Source: Deltaproteobacteria bacterium (GTDB lineage Bacteria; Desulfobacterota; Binatia; UBA12015). From it: DNA of 17,427 bases. How positions within the stretch are numbered: position 1 is the first letter of the stretch; every line of letters begins with the position of its first letter. Shown one piece after another: positions 9,565 to 17,427 of this stretch. A model generated the notes under the pieces. It had not been told where the DNA came from and searched no databases. It saw only the letters and a list, made by a program, of their open reading frames with translations. Location of the stretch: contig JAYGCM010000054.1 in NCBI GenBank assembly GCA_046583355.1, positions 1 through 17,427 on the forward strand, written 5' to 3'. A program made the translations under genes and the position numbers.

Positions 9565-10739
9565 CCGAAGGCGTCGAGGCCAGTGATATCGCGGCCGAGC
9601 GTCAGGCGGTGGATATCCTCGGTGCCTTCGTAGGTGTTGACGGTCTCGAGGTTCATCATATGGCGCATGATAGGGTAGTCGTCCGTGATGCCGTTGGCGC
9701 CGAGGATATCGCGCGCCTCACGCGCGATGCGCAGGGCCCAGGCAACGTTGTTCATTTTGGCGAGGGAGACCTGCTCGTTGCGCATCTCGCCGGCCTCTTT
9801 GAGCCTCCCGAGCCGCCAAGCGACAAGTTGGGATTTGGTGATCTCGACCATCATCTCGACGAGTTTGGCCTGTACGAGTTGGTAGCCGCCAATCGGGCGC
9901 TGGAAGACTTTGCGGGTCTTGGCGTAGTCGAGCGCGCATTCGTAGCAGGCAATCGCGGCGCCGATGGCGCCCCAGGAGATGCCGAAGCGCGCCTGCGTCA
10001 AGCACATCAGGGGCGATTTGAGCCCGCCGGTCAGCGGCAGGAGGTTTTCTTCGGGAATATGGCAATCTTCGAGAATCAGCTCCGAGGTGATCGAGGCGCG
10101 CAGGCTCCATTTGCCATGCATCAGCGGGCGCTCGAAGCCGGCGCGTTCTTTCTCTACCAGAAAGCCGCGGATGGTATCGCGGCCGTCTTCTTCGAGCTTG
10201 GCCCAGACGATCGCGACGTCGGCAATCGAACCGTTGGTGATCCACCGCTTGGTGCCATTGAGCACGAAGCCGCCTTTTTCACGCTTGGCGCGGGTGATCA
10301 TGCCGCCGGGGTTCGAGCCGTAATCGGGCTCGGTCAGGCCGAAGCAGCCGATTGCCTCGCCGCGCGCCATGCGGGGCAGCCATTCCTGTTTTTGCGCTTC
10401 GGTGCCGAAGCTCAGGATGGGGAACATGACTAGCGAGGATTGCACGCTGGCGTAGGAGCGCAGCCCGGAGTCGCCGCGTTCGAGCTCCTGAGCCATCAGG
10501 CCATAGGAGACGCTATTCAAGCCGGCGCCGCCGTATTCCTGCGGGATGGTCGGGCCGAAGCAGCCCAACTCGGCGAGGCGCTGGGTCAATTCGGTGGGGA
10601 AGGTGGCCGCGGCGAAATGCTCGCGCACCACCGGCAGGTACTCGTCGTCGACGAAGCGGCGGATGGTGTCGCGCACCTGGCGCTCTTCGGGCGTAAGCAG
10701 GTCTTCGACGGCAAAATAATCGGTGGGCGAACTCGGCAT
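9561..10739 (-). CDS. gcdH: Acyl-CoA dehydrogenase, glutaryl-CoA dehydrogenase type
   Basis: [56 protein letters not shown] and [15 protein letters not shown] are characteristic of the GCDH subfamily. Confidence 0.85.
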   Translation of the reverse strand: MPSSPTDYFAVEDLLTPEERQVRDTIRRFVDDEYLPVVREHFAAATFPTELTQRLAELGCFGPTIPQEYGGAGLNSVSYGLMAQELERGDSGLRSYASVQSSLVMFPILSFGTEAQKQEWLPRMARGEAIGCFGLTEPDYGSNPGGMITRAKREKGGFVLNGTKRWITNGSIADVAIVWAKLEEDGRDTIRGFLVEKERAGFERPLMHGKWSLRASITSELILEDCHIPEENLLPLTGGLKSPLMCLTQARFGISWGAIGAAIACYECALDYAKTRKVFQRPIGGYQLVQAKLVEMMVEITKSQLVAWRLGRLKEAGEMRNEQVSLAKMNNVAWALRIAREARDILGANGITDDYPIMRHMMNLETVNTYEGTEDIHRLTLGRDITGLDAFG

Positions 10740-10745
10740 GGGCCG

Positions 10746-10773
10746 AGACTAGAGGTCCGGTTGAAAAGCACAA
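10746..10773 (-). promoter_or_regulatory. Putative sigma70-type promoter for a leaderless gcdH transcript
   Basis: TTGTGC-N16-TAGTCT ending 6 nt before the ATG; no Shine-Dalgarno sequence visible. Confidence 0.4.
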
Positions 10774-10846
10774 CGCGGCTCGCCCTCGAGTCTGCCCGCG
10801 CACGGATGAATGGCTGGCGGTGCTGGCGAAGGCGGGGCTGGATTCG

Positions 10847-10852
10847 TAGCCT
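10847..10852 (+). promoter_or_regulatory. Putative -10 box for a leaderless moaC transcript
   Basis: TAGCCT lies 7 nt before ATG 10860; no Shine-Dalgarno sequence visible. Confidence 0.4.
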
Positions 10853-10859
10853 CCTCAAT

Positions 10860-11354
10860 ATGAGTACAGAGAAGGCAGGCGGTCTCTCGCATATTGATGC
10901 GAGCGGCCGGGCACGGATGGTCGATGTGGGCGAGAAGGCCGTGACGCATCGGATCGCGGTGGCGCGTGGCGTCGTGCGTATGGCGCCGGCAACGGCGCAG
11001 CGTATCGCTGCGGGACAGGTGGCCAAGGGTGATGTGATCGCTACGGCAAGGCTCGCGGGTATCATGGCCGCAAAGAAGACCGGCGAATTGATCCCGCTCT
11101 GCCACCCGCTGCCGCTTGAATTTGTCGACGTTCGCCTTGAGGTTGATGCCGCGGCGGGCCGCGTTGCCATCGAAGCCGAGGCGCGGATCACGGCCAAGAC
11201 GGGAATCGAGATGGAGGCGCTGACGGCGGTGACCGTCGCGGCTTTGACCATCTACGATATGTGCAAGGCGGTCGACCGCGGCATGGTGATCGAGGATATC
11301 TGCCTGATGAAAAAAAGCGGCGGCCGCAGCGGCGATTGGGTGCGCTCGCAATGA
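10860..11354 (+). CDS. moaC: Cyclic pyranopterin monophosphate synthase (molybdenum cofactor biosynthesis)
   Basis: [49 protein letters not shown] and KSGGRSG. Confidence 0.97.
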   Translation: MSTEKAGGLSHIDASGRARMVDVGEKAVTHRIAVARGVVRMAPATAQRIAAGQVAKGDVIATARLAGIMAAKKTGELIPLCHPLPLEFVDVRLEVDAAAGRVAIEAEARITAKTGIEMEALTAVTVAALTIYDMCKAVDRGMVIEDICLMKKSGGRSGDWVRSQ

Positions 11355-12595
11355 GCACCTCGATGCCGACCGGCGTAAAGCCGGATTTTTCGCGCGGGCC
11401 GCTCGCCGGCTACCGGGTGGTGGATGCGTCCAGCGTCGTGGCCGGCCCCTTGGCGGCGATGGTGCTCGCCGATCAGGGTGCCGATGTGATCAAGCTCGAG
11501 TCGCCGGGCGTCGGTGACCTCGGTCGCCAGGCCATCAACGAGAGAGAGGGCATGGCGGCGCTCTATCTGAATTGCAATCGCGGCAAACGCTCGATCGTGG
11601 TCGATCTCAAGCAGCCCGAAGGCCTCGAGGTCGCACGCGACCTGATCCGCAGCGCCGATGTCTTTCTCGCCAATTGGCGTCCCGGCGTCGCGGAGCGGCT
11701 GGGGCTCGGCGAGGCCGAGTTACGCGAACTGAACCCCGATATCATCAATGTGCAGGTGACGGGCTTTGGCCGCACAGGACCCTATAGCGGCCATAGGGTC
11801 TATGACCCGGTCTTGCAGGCATTGGCGGGCTACGTCGCCTTGCAGGAGAACCCCGAGTTTCCCATCCGCGATCTGGTGCGCAATGTCGAGATCGACAAGG
11901 CTACCGCCTGGACCGTCGCGCAATCGGTTACCGCGGCCTTGTTGGCGCGCGAGCGAGGCGCGGGCGGACAGCATGTCCATATAGCAATGCTGGATGTAGC
12001 GTTGGCCTTTTTCTGGCCCGACGGCATGATCACGCGCAGCCTTCTGGGCGAAGGCGTGCGCCGCAAACTGATGATTGCCGATACCTATCGCGTCTGGATG
12101 ACGCAGGATGGTCAGATCGTCTATTTCACCAATACGACGGAGGACGTCTACAATCTCTTCACCGCGCTGGGGCACCCCGAGTGGAAGGACGAAGAGCAAT
12201 TCTCGCGTGGCAAGGTGAGCAGTGAGGCGAGTCGTGCCGAGATCGGCCAGCGGGTACTCGACGGTTTTGCCGCCTTGTCGACCGACGAGGTGGTTTCGCG
12301 GCTGCGCGAGCATGGGGTCCCGGTCGCGCCGGTGCATGAGATCGATCAGGTCTGTGAGGACCCGCAGATCCGCCATAATGGTCGGGTGCAGGAACGCTCG
12401 CATCCCATATATGGAGCTTTCCGTGAGGTCCGACCGGCCACCGATTTCTCGGTTACTCCGCCGCCGGATTCCGCCGCGGCAGCCCTGCGCGGCGAGCAGA
12501 GCGAGGCCATTCTTGAAGAGATCGGCTACGATGCCGAGCGCCGTCGCGACCTCCTTGAACGCAAAATCCTCGGCGCCCCCGGCTACCGGATTTAG
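11351..12595 (+). CDS. CaiB/BaiF family (class III) CoA-transferase
   Basis: ATG overlaps the moaC stop (ATGA). Motifs [53 protein letters not shown]; probable catalytic Asp in EIDKAT. Confidence 0.92.
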   Translation: MSTSMPTGVKPDFSRGPLAGYRVVDASSVVAGPLAAMVLADQGADVIKLESPGVGDLGRQAINEREGMAALYLNCNRGKRSIVVDLKQPEGLEVARDLIRSADVFLANWRPGVAERLGLGEAELRELNPDIINVQVTGFGRTGPYSGHRVYDPVLQALAGYVALQENPEFPIRDLVRNVEIDKATAWTVAQSVTAALLARERGAGGQHVHIAMLDVALAFFWPDGMITRSLLGEGVRRKLMIADTYRVWMTQDGQIVYFTNTTEDVYNLFTALGHPEWKDEEQFSRGKVSSEASRAEIGQRVLDGFAALSTDEVVSRLREHGVPVAPVHEIDQVCEDPQIRHNGRVQERSHPIYGAFREVRPATDFSVTPPPDSAAAALRGEQSEAILEEIGYDAERRRDLLERKILGAPGYRI

Positions 12596-12598
12596 GCG

Positions 12599-12616
12599 GC
12601 GGGCAGAGAAGCCCGC
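12599..12616 (+). terminator. Possible weak terminator hairpin after the CoA-transferase
   Basis: GCGGGC-AGAGAA-GCCCGC, 3 nt after the stop codon; poor U-tract. Confidence 0.3.
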
Positions 12617-12641
12617 GTTCGGATTTTCACCGGAACGTTTG

Positions 12642-12692
12642 GTTGCAGCTGCAACATCGTGAAACATGCGGGCGCGGGGATTCTGCAACATC
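12642..12692. promoter_or_regulatory. Palindrome plus direct repeat upstream of radC (candidate regulator sites)
   Basis: Perfect 14-bp palindrome GTTGCAGCTGCAAC at 12642-12655; CTGCAACATC repeated at 12649-12658 and 12683-12692. Confidence 0.45.
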
Positions 12693-12717
12693 CTGCGGAT
12701 TTCCGGACCTCTGCGGT

Positions 12718-12733
12718 CGGCACGAAGATCGCA
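12718..12733 (+). promoter_or_regulatory. Sigma54 (-24/-12)-like promoter upstream of radC
   Basis: CGGCACG-AAGA-TCGCA with exact GG-N10-GC spacing (consensus TGGCACG-N4-TTGC). Confidence 0.5.
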
Positions 12734-12745
12734 GGGGTAGGGGGC

Positions 12746-13456
12746 ATGTTGCTGAATGTGGAATTCGAGGAATGGCCCCGCGAGCGCTTGCTGCGCTCCG
12801 GGGTCGAATCATTGACCGATGCCGAATTGGTGGCTCTCGTCCTGCGGACGGGTACGCGCGGGCGCAGCGCCGTCGAGTTGGGCCGGGCGCTGCTCTTGCG
12901 CCATGGCGGGCTGCCGGGGCTGGCGGCGGCGAGCGTGACCGAGTTGGGGACGTTCTCCGGCGTGGGCCAGGTGCGCGCCTCGGCCTTGCACGCGGCGGTC
13001 GCGCTGGGGCGCCGCGCCGACGCGTTGCGGCTGCCGCCGCGCGCGCCGATCAGCGGCAGTGAGGATATCTACCGGCATTTCCACGACCGCTTGAGCGCGC
13101 TCGACCAGGAGCGCTTCTATGTCGTTCTGGTCGATGGCAAGGGGCGGATGCAGAAAGATGTGCGCGTCTCCGAAGGCACGCTCACCGCAAGTCTGGTGCA
13201 TCCGCGGGAGGTTTTCCGCTGCGCCATTCGCGACGCTGCGGCCAGCATCGTCCTGGTACATAACCACCCCAGCGGCGACCCGACGCCCTCACCCGAGGAC
13301 CTGGCGTTGACCGATAGGCTGGTCGAGGCGGGCCGGTTGGTCGGTATTCCTGTACTCGACCATATCGTGATCGGCGCGGGTTGCTGGGTCAGTTTTGTCG
13401 ATACCGGCCGGATGCCGGTCGTCTCAATGGCCCGTCGCATCCTTCCGCCGGGCTGA
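12746..13456 (+). CDS. radC: RadC family JAB/MPN-domain protein
   Basis: PRERLL...G...LTDAEL, HhH-like GVGQVRA, QERF, GTLTASLVHPREVF, JAMM motif HNHPSGDPTPSPED, and LDHIVIG. Confidence 0.95.
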   Translation: MLLNVEFEEWPRERLLRSGVESLTDAELVALVLRTGTRGRSAVELGRALLLRHGGLPGLAAASVTELGTFSGVGQVRASALHAAVALGRRADALRLPPRAPISGSEDIYRHFHDRLSALDQERFYVVLVDGKGRMQKDVRVSEGTLTASLVHPREVFRCAIRDAAASIVLVHNHPSGDPTPSPEDLALTDRLVEAGRLVGIPVLDHIVIGAGCWVSFVDTGRMPVVSMARRILPPG

Positions 13457-13462
13457 GAATGG

Positions 13463-13497
13463 AAAAAGGGGCGGCCGCATAGCGAGCCGCCCCTTCT
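13463..13497 (-). terminator. Intrinsic terminator between convergent radC and ssb
   Basis: Stem AAGGGGCGGC (13466-13475) pairs with GCCGCCCCTT (13486-13495). T5 tract on the - strand (ssb direction); weaker TTCT on the + strand. Confidence 0.8.
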
Positions 13498-13524
13498 CCG
13501 CAATTCGGCTGCTGGCGCGTGGCC

Positions 13525-13977
13525 CTAAAAGGGGGTCTCGCCGCCGGCAGGGCCACCGCCGTCATTGCTGCCGCCGCCGCTGCTCGGGCCGGGGCCGGGT
13601 CCGAAATCGGTGCCGCCGCCGGACTCGCCGCCGCCGCTTTGCTCGGAGCGGCTGCCGCCGATGAAGCGGACGTCGCGCGCGCGGATTTCGGTCGTCCAGC
13701 GCTTATTGCCATCTTTGTCTTCCCAACTCCGCGTCTGAATCTCGCCCTCGACGTAGACCTCGCGCCCCTTGGTCAGGTACTTCGAGCAGGGCTCCGCCTG
13801 GTTGCCCCAGACAACGATACGGTGCCATTCGGTCCGCGATTGTTTCTGGCCGTCCTTGTCCTTCCAGACCGTATCGGTGGCGACGTTGAAATTGCAGACG
13901 CCGGCTCCCGATTGGGTGAAACGGATCTCAGGATCGGCACCAAGCCTCCCCAGAATGATCGCCTTGTTTACTGACAT
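13525..13977 (-). CDS. ssb: Single-stranded DNA-binding protein
   Basis: SD GGAGGAG before ATG 13977. [38 protein letters not shown], a Gly-rich linker and C-terminal PF. Confidence 0.97.
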   Translation of the reverse strand: MSVNKAIILGRLGADPEIRFTQSGAGVCNFNVATDTVWKDKDGQKQSRTEWHRIVVWGNQAEPCSKYLTKGREVYVEGEIQTRSWEDKDGNKRWTTEIRARDVRFIGGSRSEQSGGGESGGGTDFGPGPGPSSGGGSNDGGGPAGGETPF

Positions 13978-14071
13978 GATTGTACTCCTCCGACTATGGC
14001 GAAACTCCGGATCGGGGGGATTCCCGTCCACCGTCTCGCGTTACACCCTCTCGGGTCGAGGAGCAAAGGAG

Positions 14072-14087
14072 TCCAAGGTTCGTGCCA
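14072..14087 (-). promoter_or_regulatory. Possible sigma54-like promoter upstream of ssb
   Basis: TGGCACG-AACC-TTGGA: perfect -24 element, but GG instead of GC at -12. Confidence 0.3.
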
Positions 14088-14116
14088 GCTGCGGCCGGGC
14101 CCGCGCGGGCCGCAGC
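14088..14116. repeat. GC-rich inverted repeat (hairpin) downstream of the HExxH gene
   Basis: GCTGCGGCC (14088-14096) pairs with GGCCGCAGC (14108-14116); no U-tract. Confidence 0.5.
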
Positions 14117-14136
14117 CCACCTCTTCGGCCGATTGC

Positions 14137-14781
14137 TTAGATCGCGATGAGGAGCAGGGCCAGGAATGCGACACCAGCGGCCCCGCCGAGGCGTTGGCTG
14201 CTGGGCAGGCCGCCCTCGCTCAGCCGCTTGCCGAGCTCGGTTCCGGGCTCCCGGCTGCGGCTCGTCCGCAATACGATGGGAACCTCAAAGACGGCGACCG
14301 AGACGGCTCGCGCAAACAGGGTCGCCAGTAGCACGACACTGCTGATTTGGGCCATGGGGACAAGCAGGGCGATCATAACCACCGGCACCCAAGGGGCGAC
14401 AATGCCGCCCCAGCTCATCCAAAGGAACTGACGCGTATCGTTTTTGTCCATCGCGAAGTCGAAGAGGAAGAAATGACCCTTGGGTTTGTCGAGAACCGGC
14501 GAAACCGCGCCGACCAGGCGGGCGGCTGCCAAATGACCCCATTCGTGGACGGTGGGCGGAATGATCGAGCCCGCGATGAGTGCGCCGGCGATGGCCGCTG
14601 CGCTCGCGATGCCCCAGTCGGTGACCTCGGCCCAGGCAAGGGCTGCGCCCCAGAGTGTGAGCGCGCCGACGACCATGACGAAATGCTGGCTGCCGATCCG
14701 CTTCATGCGGCTGCGGTCGATGTCCCGGGCCATTTTTTCCAGCGCGGCAGTCTCGTTCGGTTCGGTATTTGTCTCGGTCAT
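14137..14781 (-). CDS. Hypothetical integral membrane protein with an HExxH zinc-binding motif (M50/zincin-like)
   Basis: SD GGAGGAG upstream; about five hydrophobic segments; TVHEWGHLAAARLVG, with HEWGH at 14533-14547. Confidence 0.7.
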   Translation of the reverse strand: MTETNTEPNETAALEKMARDIDRSRMKRIGSQHFVMVVGALTLWGAALAWAEVTDWGIASAAAIAGALIAGSIIPPTVHEWGHLAAARLVGAVSPVLDKPKGHFFLFDFAMDKNDTRQFLWMSWGGIVAPWVPVVMIALLVPMAQISSVVLLATLFARAVSVAVFEVPIVLRTSRSREPGTELGKRLSEGGLPSSQRLGGAAGVAFLALLLIAI

Positions 14782-14824
14782 TGCTCTCCTCCGGCCCCAG
14801 AACCTACCACAAGACTTCTTGCGT

Positions 14825-14855
14825 GGGGATGGGGACGTTCCGGGGAGGATTGGGG
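14825..14855 (+). other. Putative G-quadruplex motif
   Basis: GGGG-AT-GGGG-ACGTTCC-GGGG-AGGATT-GGGG: four G4 tracts with loops of 2, 7 and 6 nt. Confidence 0.6.
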
Positions 14856-14861
14856 TTGGTT

Positions 14862-14890
14862 TTGACTTCGGGCCGCGGGGAGCCTAATTT
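14862..14890 (+). promoter_or_regulatory. Sigma70-type promoter for rnj-ftsK
   Basis: TTGACT-N17-TAATTT. Confidence 0.65.
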
Positions 14891-14988
14891 CACGGGGTCC
14901 GGAGGGTTCCGGGCACGTTGCCCGGAGGTTTCGGGCGGATTGCTCCCGGTGGTGGTTGTGGTGTCGGTGGGGAGCTCAGACAGGAGTA

Positions 14989-16650
14989 ATGGCTGTGGCT
15001 GGACCGGTAAGGATCATTCCGCTTGGGGGGTTGGGCGAGATCGGACTCAATATGTTGCTCGTCGAATGCGACGGGGCGGCGATTGCGATCGATTGTGGTG
15101 TGCTTTTTCCCGAGCGCCCCGGGCTCGGCATTGACCTGCTGCTGCCCGATATTACTTACTTGACGGAGCGGCCCGGTCTGCTGCGTGGCGTCATTCTGAC
15201 GCATGGCCATGAGGACCATATCGGGGCATTGCCACGACTCCTCCAGGAACTCGATGTTCCGGTTTTCGGACCGCGCCTGGCGATGGCCCTGCTGCGCGAG
15301 AAGTTGCGCCGCAGGGGCCTCACGCGCGCGACCCTGGAGACCTTCACGCCCGGCGCCACCTTTCAGGTGGGCCCCTTCTCGGTCGAACCGATTCATGTGA
15401 CGCATTCCATCGCCGACGCTTGTGCTCTGGCGATCGGAACGCCGCATGGCACGATTCTTCATTCCGGCGACTTCAAGATTGACGAGACGCCCGTACACGG
15501 GCCCGGTGCCGACCTGAAGCGCATGGCGGAATGGGGCAAGAAGGGCGTGAAGCTGCTGCTTTCGGATTCGACCAACGTCGACCATGAAGGAAGCTGCGGC
15601 TCGGAGTCGGATGTCGGCCCCGCGCTCGAGGCCGTCATGCGGAAAATTCCGGGGCGCGTCTTCGTCACGACTTTCGCCTCGCATCTCCACCGCGTGCAGC
15701 AAATCGTCAACGCGGCCGCCGCCTGCGATCGTCGTGTCGGCATTGCCGGTCGCGGGTTTGAAGACTCCACCCGCTTGGCCCAGGAACTTGGCTACCTTCA
15801 GATGCCCGGCCCGGGGTTCATTTCCGCGGGCGAGGCGATGCAATTGCCGGCGAATAAGGTGGCGATTCTCTCTTCGGGCTCGCAAGGTGAGCCGAATTCC
15901 GCGCTGACGCGGATCAGCGAGGGGCGCTTCAAGAATGTGAAGATGGCACCGGGCGACGGTGTGATCATGTCGTCGCGGATCATCCCCGGCAACGAGCGCG
16001 GCGTACATGGCGTGATGAACCGCATCGCCAAGAACGGCGCGACGCTACACCGCGGCGACCGCGAAGGCGTACATGTTTCCGGCCATGCGCATCGCGACGA
16101 ATTGCGGACACTCCTGAATCTCGTCAATCCTGAATACTTCGTGCCCGTACATGGCGAGTATCGTCATCTTGCTTCGCATCAGGCACTTGCGATCGAGACC
16201 GGAGTGGCACGCGAGAAATGCATCCTTCTCGAAGATGGCGACGTGCTTGAACTCGACGCAAAGGGTGCGCGCACAGGAGAGCAGGTGGTCGCCGGGCGTG
16301 TCCTGGTCGACCAGACGGGCGAAGGCGAGGTGGGGATCGAGGTGCTGCGCGACCGTCGGCATCTTTCCGCCGATGGCTTTGTGGTCGCGGTGCTTGCGGT
16401 GCATGCGCAGACCGGCGAGATCACCAGCGGGCCTGATCTTGTGACGCGCGGCGTGCTGCGCGGCGAGGATGACCTTGCCTTATTGGATGAGGCCAAGGCG
16501 GTGCTCGCCAGCGGCCTGACGGCAATCGCGCCCGAGTCGCGGGCGGATCTATTGGAGGTCGAAGACCAGGTGCGAAGGATATTGAAGCGCTTCTTCTCGA
16601 AGACGAGAGGGCGCCGCCCGCTGATCGTGCCGCACGTCTTCGAGATGTAA
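14989..16650 (+). CDS. rnj: Ribonuclease J (metallo-beta-lactamase / beta-CASP)
   Basis: SD AGGAG before ATG 14989. IIPLGGLGEIGLNM, IDCG, THGHEDHIGA, THSIAD, GDFKID, FASHLHR, GSQGEP, IPGNE, HVSGH and PVHGEYRHL. Confidence 0.97.
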   Translation: MAVAGPVRIIPLGGLGEIGLNMLLVECDGAAIAIDCGVLFPERPGLGIDLLLPDITYLTERPGLLRGVILTHGHEDHIGALPRLLQELDVPVFGPRLAMALLREKLRRRGLTRATLETFTPGATFQVGPFSVEPIHVTHSIADACALAIGTPHGTILHSGDFKIDETPVHGPGADLKRMAEWGKKGVKLLLSDSTNVDHEGSCGSESDVGPALEAVMRKIPGRVFVTTFASHLHRVQQIVNAAAACDRRVGIAGRGFEDSTRLAQELGYLQMPGPGFISAGEAMQLPANKVAILSSGSQGEPNSALTRISEGRFKNVKMAPGDGVIMSSRIIPGNERGVHGVMNRIAKNGATLHRGDREGVHVSGHAHRDELRTLLNLVNPEYFVPVHGEYRHLASHQALAIETGVAREKCILLEDGDVLELDAKGARTGEQVVAGRVLVDQTGEGEVGIEVLRDRRHLSADGFVVAVLAVHAQTGEITSGPDLVTRGVLRGEDDLALLDEAKAVLASGLTAIAPESRADLLEVEDQVRRILKRFFSKTRGRRPLIVPHVFEM

Positions 16651-16651
16651 G

Positions 16652-17427
16652 ATGGCAGCCAAGGCGAAGGTGAAGATAGAGGTAGAAGCGCCGAGCATGC
16701 TCCATACGCTCGGCCGCGAGGCCTTGGGCGTCGGTGTCGGCGTGGTGGCGCTGCTGGTTTTTCTGGCGATCGCGTCCTATCAACCCGGCACAAGCGAGAA
16801 TCTGGCCGGGCCACTGGGCGCGGCGATCGCAGACGTTTTGGTGCAAGCCATCGGCGTGGCCGCCTATCTGGTGCCGCTCGGTCTGCTGGCGTGGGCCGTG
16901 GTGGTCTTTCGCGGGCTCGGCGCCGAGTTGGGGCCGCTTTTCGGCCTGGCCCTGACCTTCGGTGTGCTCTCGGGTTCGATCATCCTCCAGCTTCTGATCG
17001 GTACTTGGCGCGATATGGAGGCTGGCGGTATTATCGGTGGATTTTTGCGTGCCGTGCTGAGCGAGAATTTCGGTATCGCGGGCGCCTGGGTAATTGCGCT
17101 CTCGGTCTTCATTCTGAGCCTGACGGTCGCGACCGGCCAGACTCTGCGTGGCGTTGCCGAGAAGACCGGCCGGGCCGCTCGTGGCGGTGCCGTGCGGGTT
17201 CGCGACGGCGTGCGCCGACGGCGCCAATCCGCGCCGATCGAGTTGGGCGATCTCGAAGAGATTCGTCCCGCCGGGAGCCGAGCCCGGGCGAAACGCCGTG
17301 CGAAACCGCTTGAGGAGGGCAATGTTCGCAAGGATGTGTCGGAGCGTCGCGCGCCGGTCATCTCGACCGCGCCGGGGCCGGACAAGAAGTCCAAGGCCCG
17401 CCGTCAGGTCGAAATGCGATTTGATGA
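16652..17427 (+). CDS. ftsK: DNA translocase FtsK, N-terminal 4TM domain and linker; partial, runs off the window
   Basis: Not in the ORF track because it is open at the edge. From ATG 16652: MAAKAKVKIEVEAPSMLHTLGREALGVGVGVVALLVFLAIASYQPGTSENLAGPLGAAIADVLVQAIGVAAYLVP...AGGIIGG, matching the FtsK_4TM pattern (SY.P...N..G..GA..AD, GG..G). It lies 1 nt after rnj, a common gene order. The ATPase domain is not visible. Confidence 0.82.
   Translation, partial: MAAKAKVKIEVEAPSMLHTLGREALGVGVGVVALLVFLAIASYQPGTSENLAGPLGAAIADVLVQAIGVAAYLVPLGLLAWAVVVFRGLGAELGPLFGLALTFGVLSGSIILQLLIGTWRDMEAGGIIGGFLRAVLSENFGIAGAWVIALSVFILSLTVATGQTLRGVAEKTGRAARGGAVRVRDGVRRRRQSAPIELGDLEEIRPAGSRARAKRRAKPLEEGNVRKDVSERRAPVISTAPGPDKKSKARRQVEMRFD

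Noticed and set aside
10440..10859. Upstream extensions in the ORF track: moaC here, also the aminotransferase (from 6258), radC (12659), peptidase (3764) and rnj (14956)
   Set aside because: They overlap other genes or promoter regions, and conserved N-termini start at the downstream ATGs used above.
12735..12742. KOPS-like GGGNAGGG here and at 2342-2349
   Set aside because: Two hits in 17 kb of GC-rich DNA is not informative, and the KOPS sequence of this organism is unknown.
13540..13660. GCC/CCG-rich repeats
   Set aside because: They simply encode the Gly-rich SSB linker; not a CRISPR or tandem array.
12746..13977. radC + ssb as a sign of an integrative element or prophage
   Set aside because: Full-length chromosomal-type radC among housekeeping genes, with no integrase, att repeats or evident compositional shift.

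Overview
High-GC bacterial chromosomal window, densely coding and mostly housekeeping. I see no mobile element, CRISPR array, tRNA or rRNA. In order: a partial TLC/Npt-like MFS membrane protein (-); a translationally coupled three-gene unit (-) of secreted retropepsin-like peptidase, inactive-transglutaminase/7TM membrane protein and alpha-L-glutamate-ligase-like ATP-grasp; ligA; a thioredoxin-fold protein coupled to an alanine-glyoxylate-type aminotransferase; a Coq4-motif membrane protein; MltB-family lytic transglycosylase coupled to glutaryl-CoA dehydrogenase; moaC coupled to a CaiB/BaiF CoA-transferase; radC; ssb; an HExxH membrane protein; rnj; and the start of ftsK. The best candidate for an incompletely understood system is the peptidase/7TM/ATP-grasp module. 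It is a known gene-neighbourhood type whose substrate I cannot identify. Here it also has a G9 tract in its first gene and a tiny ORF bridging it to the downstream transporter. Non-coding signals include a four-tract G-quadruplex motif beside the rnj promoter, a structured rnj leader, sigma54-like promoters before radC and ssb, leaderless-type -10 boxes, and a possible alternative-folding leader. All family calls come from motif recognition by eye, not database searches.
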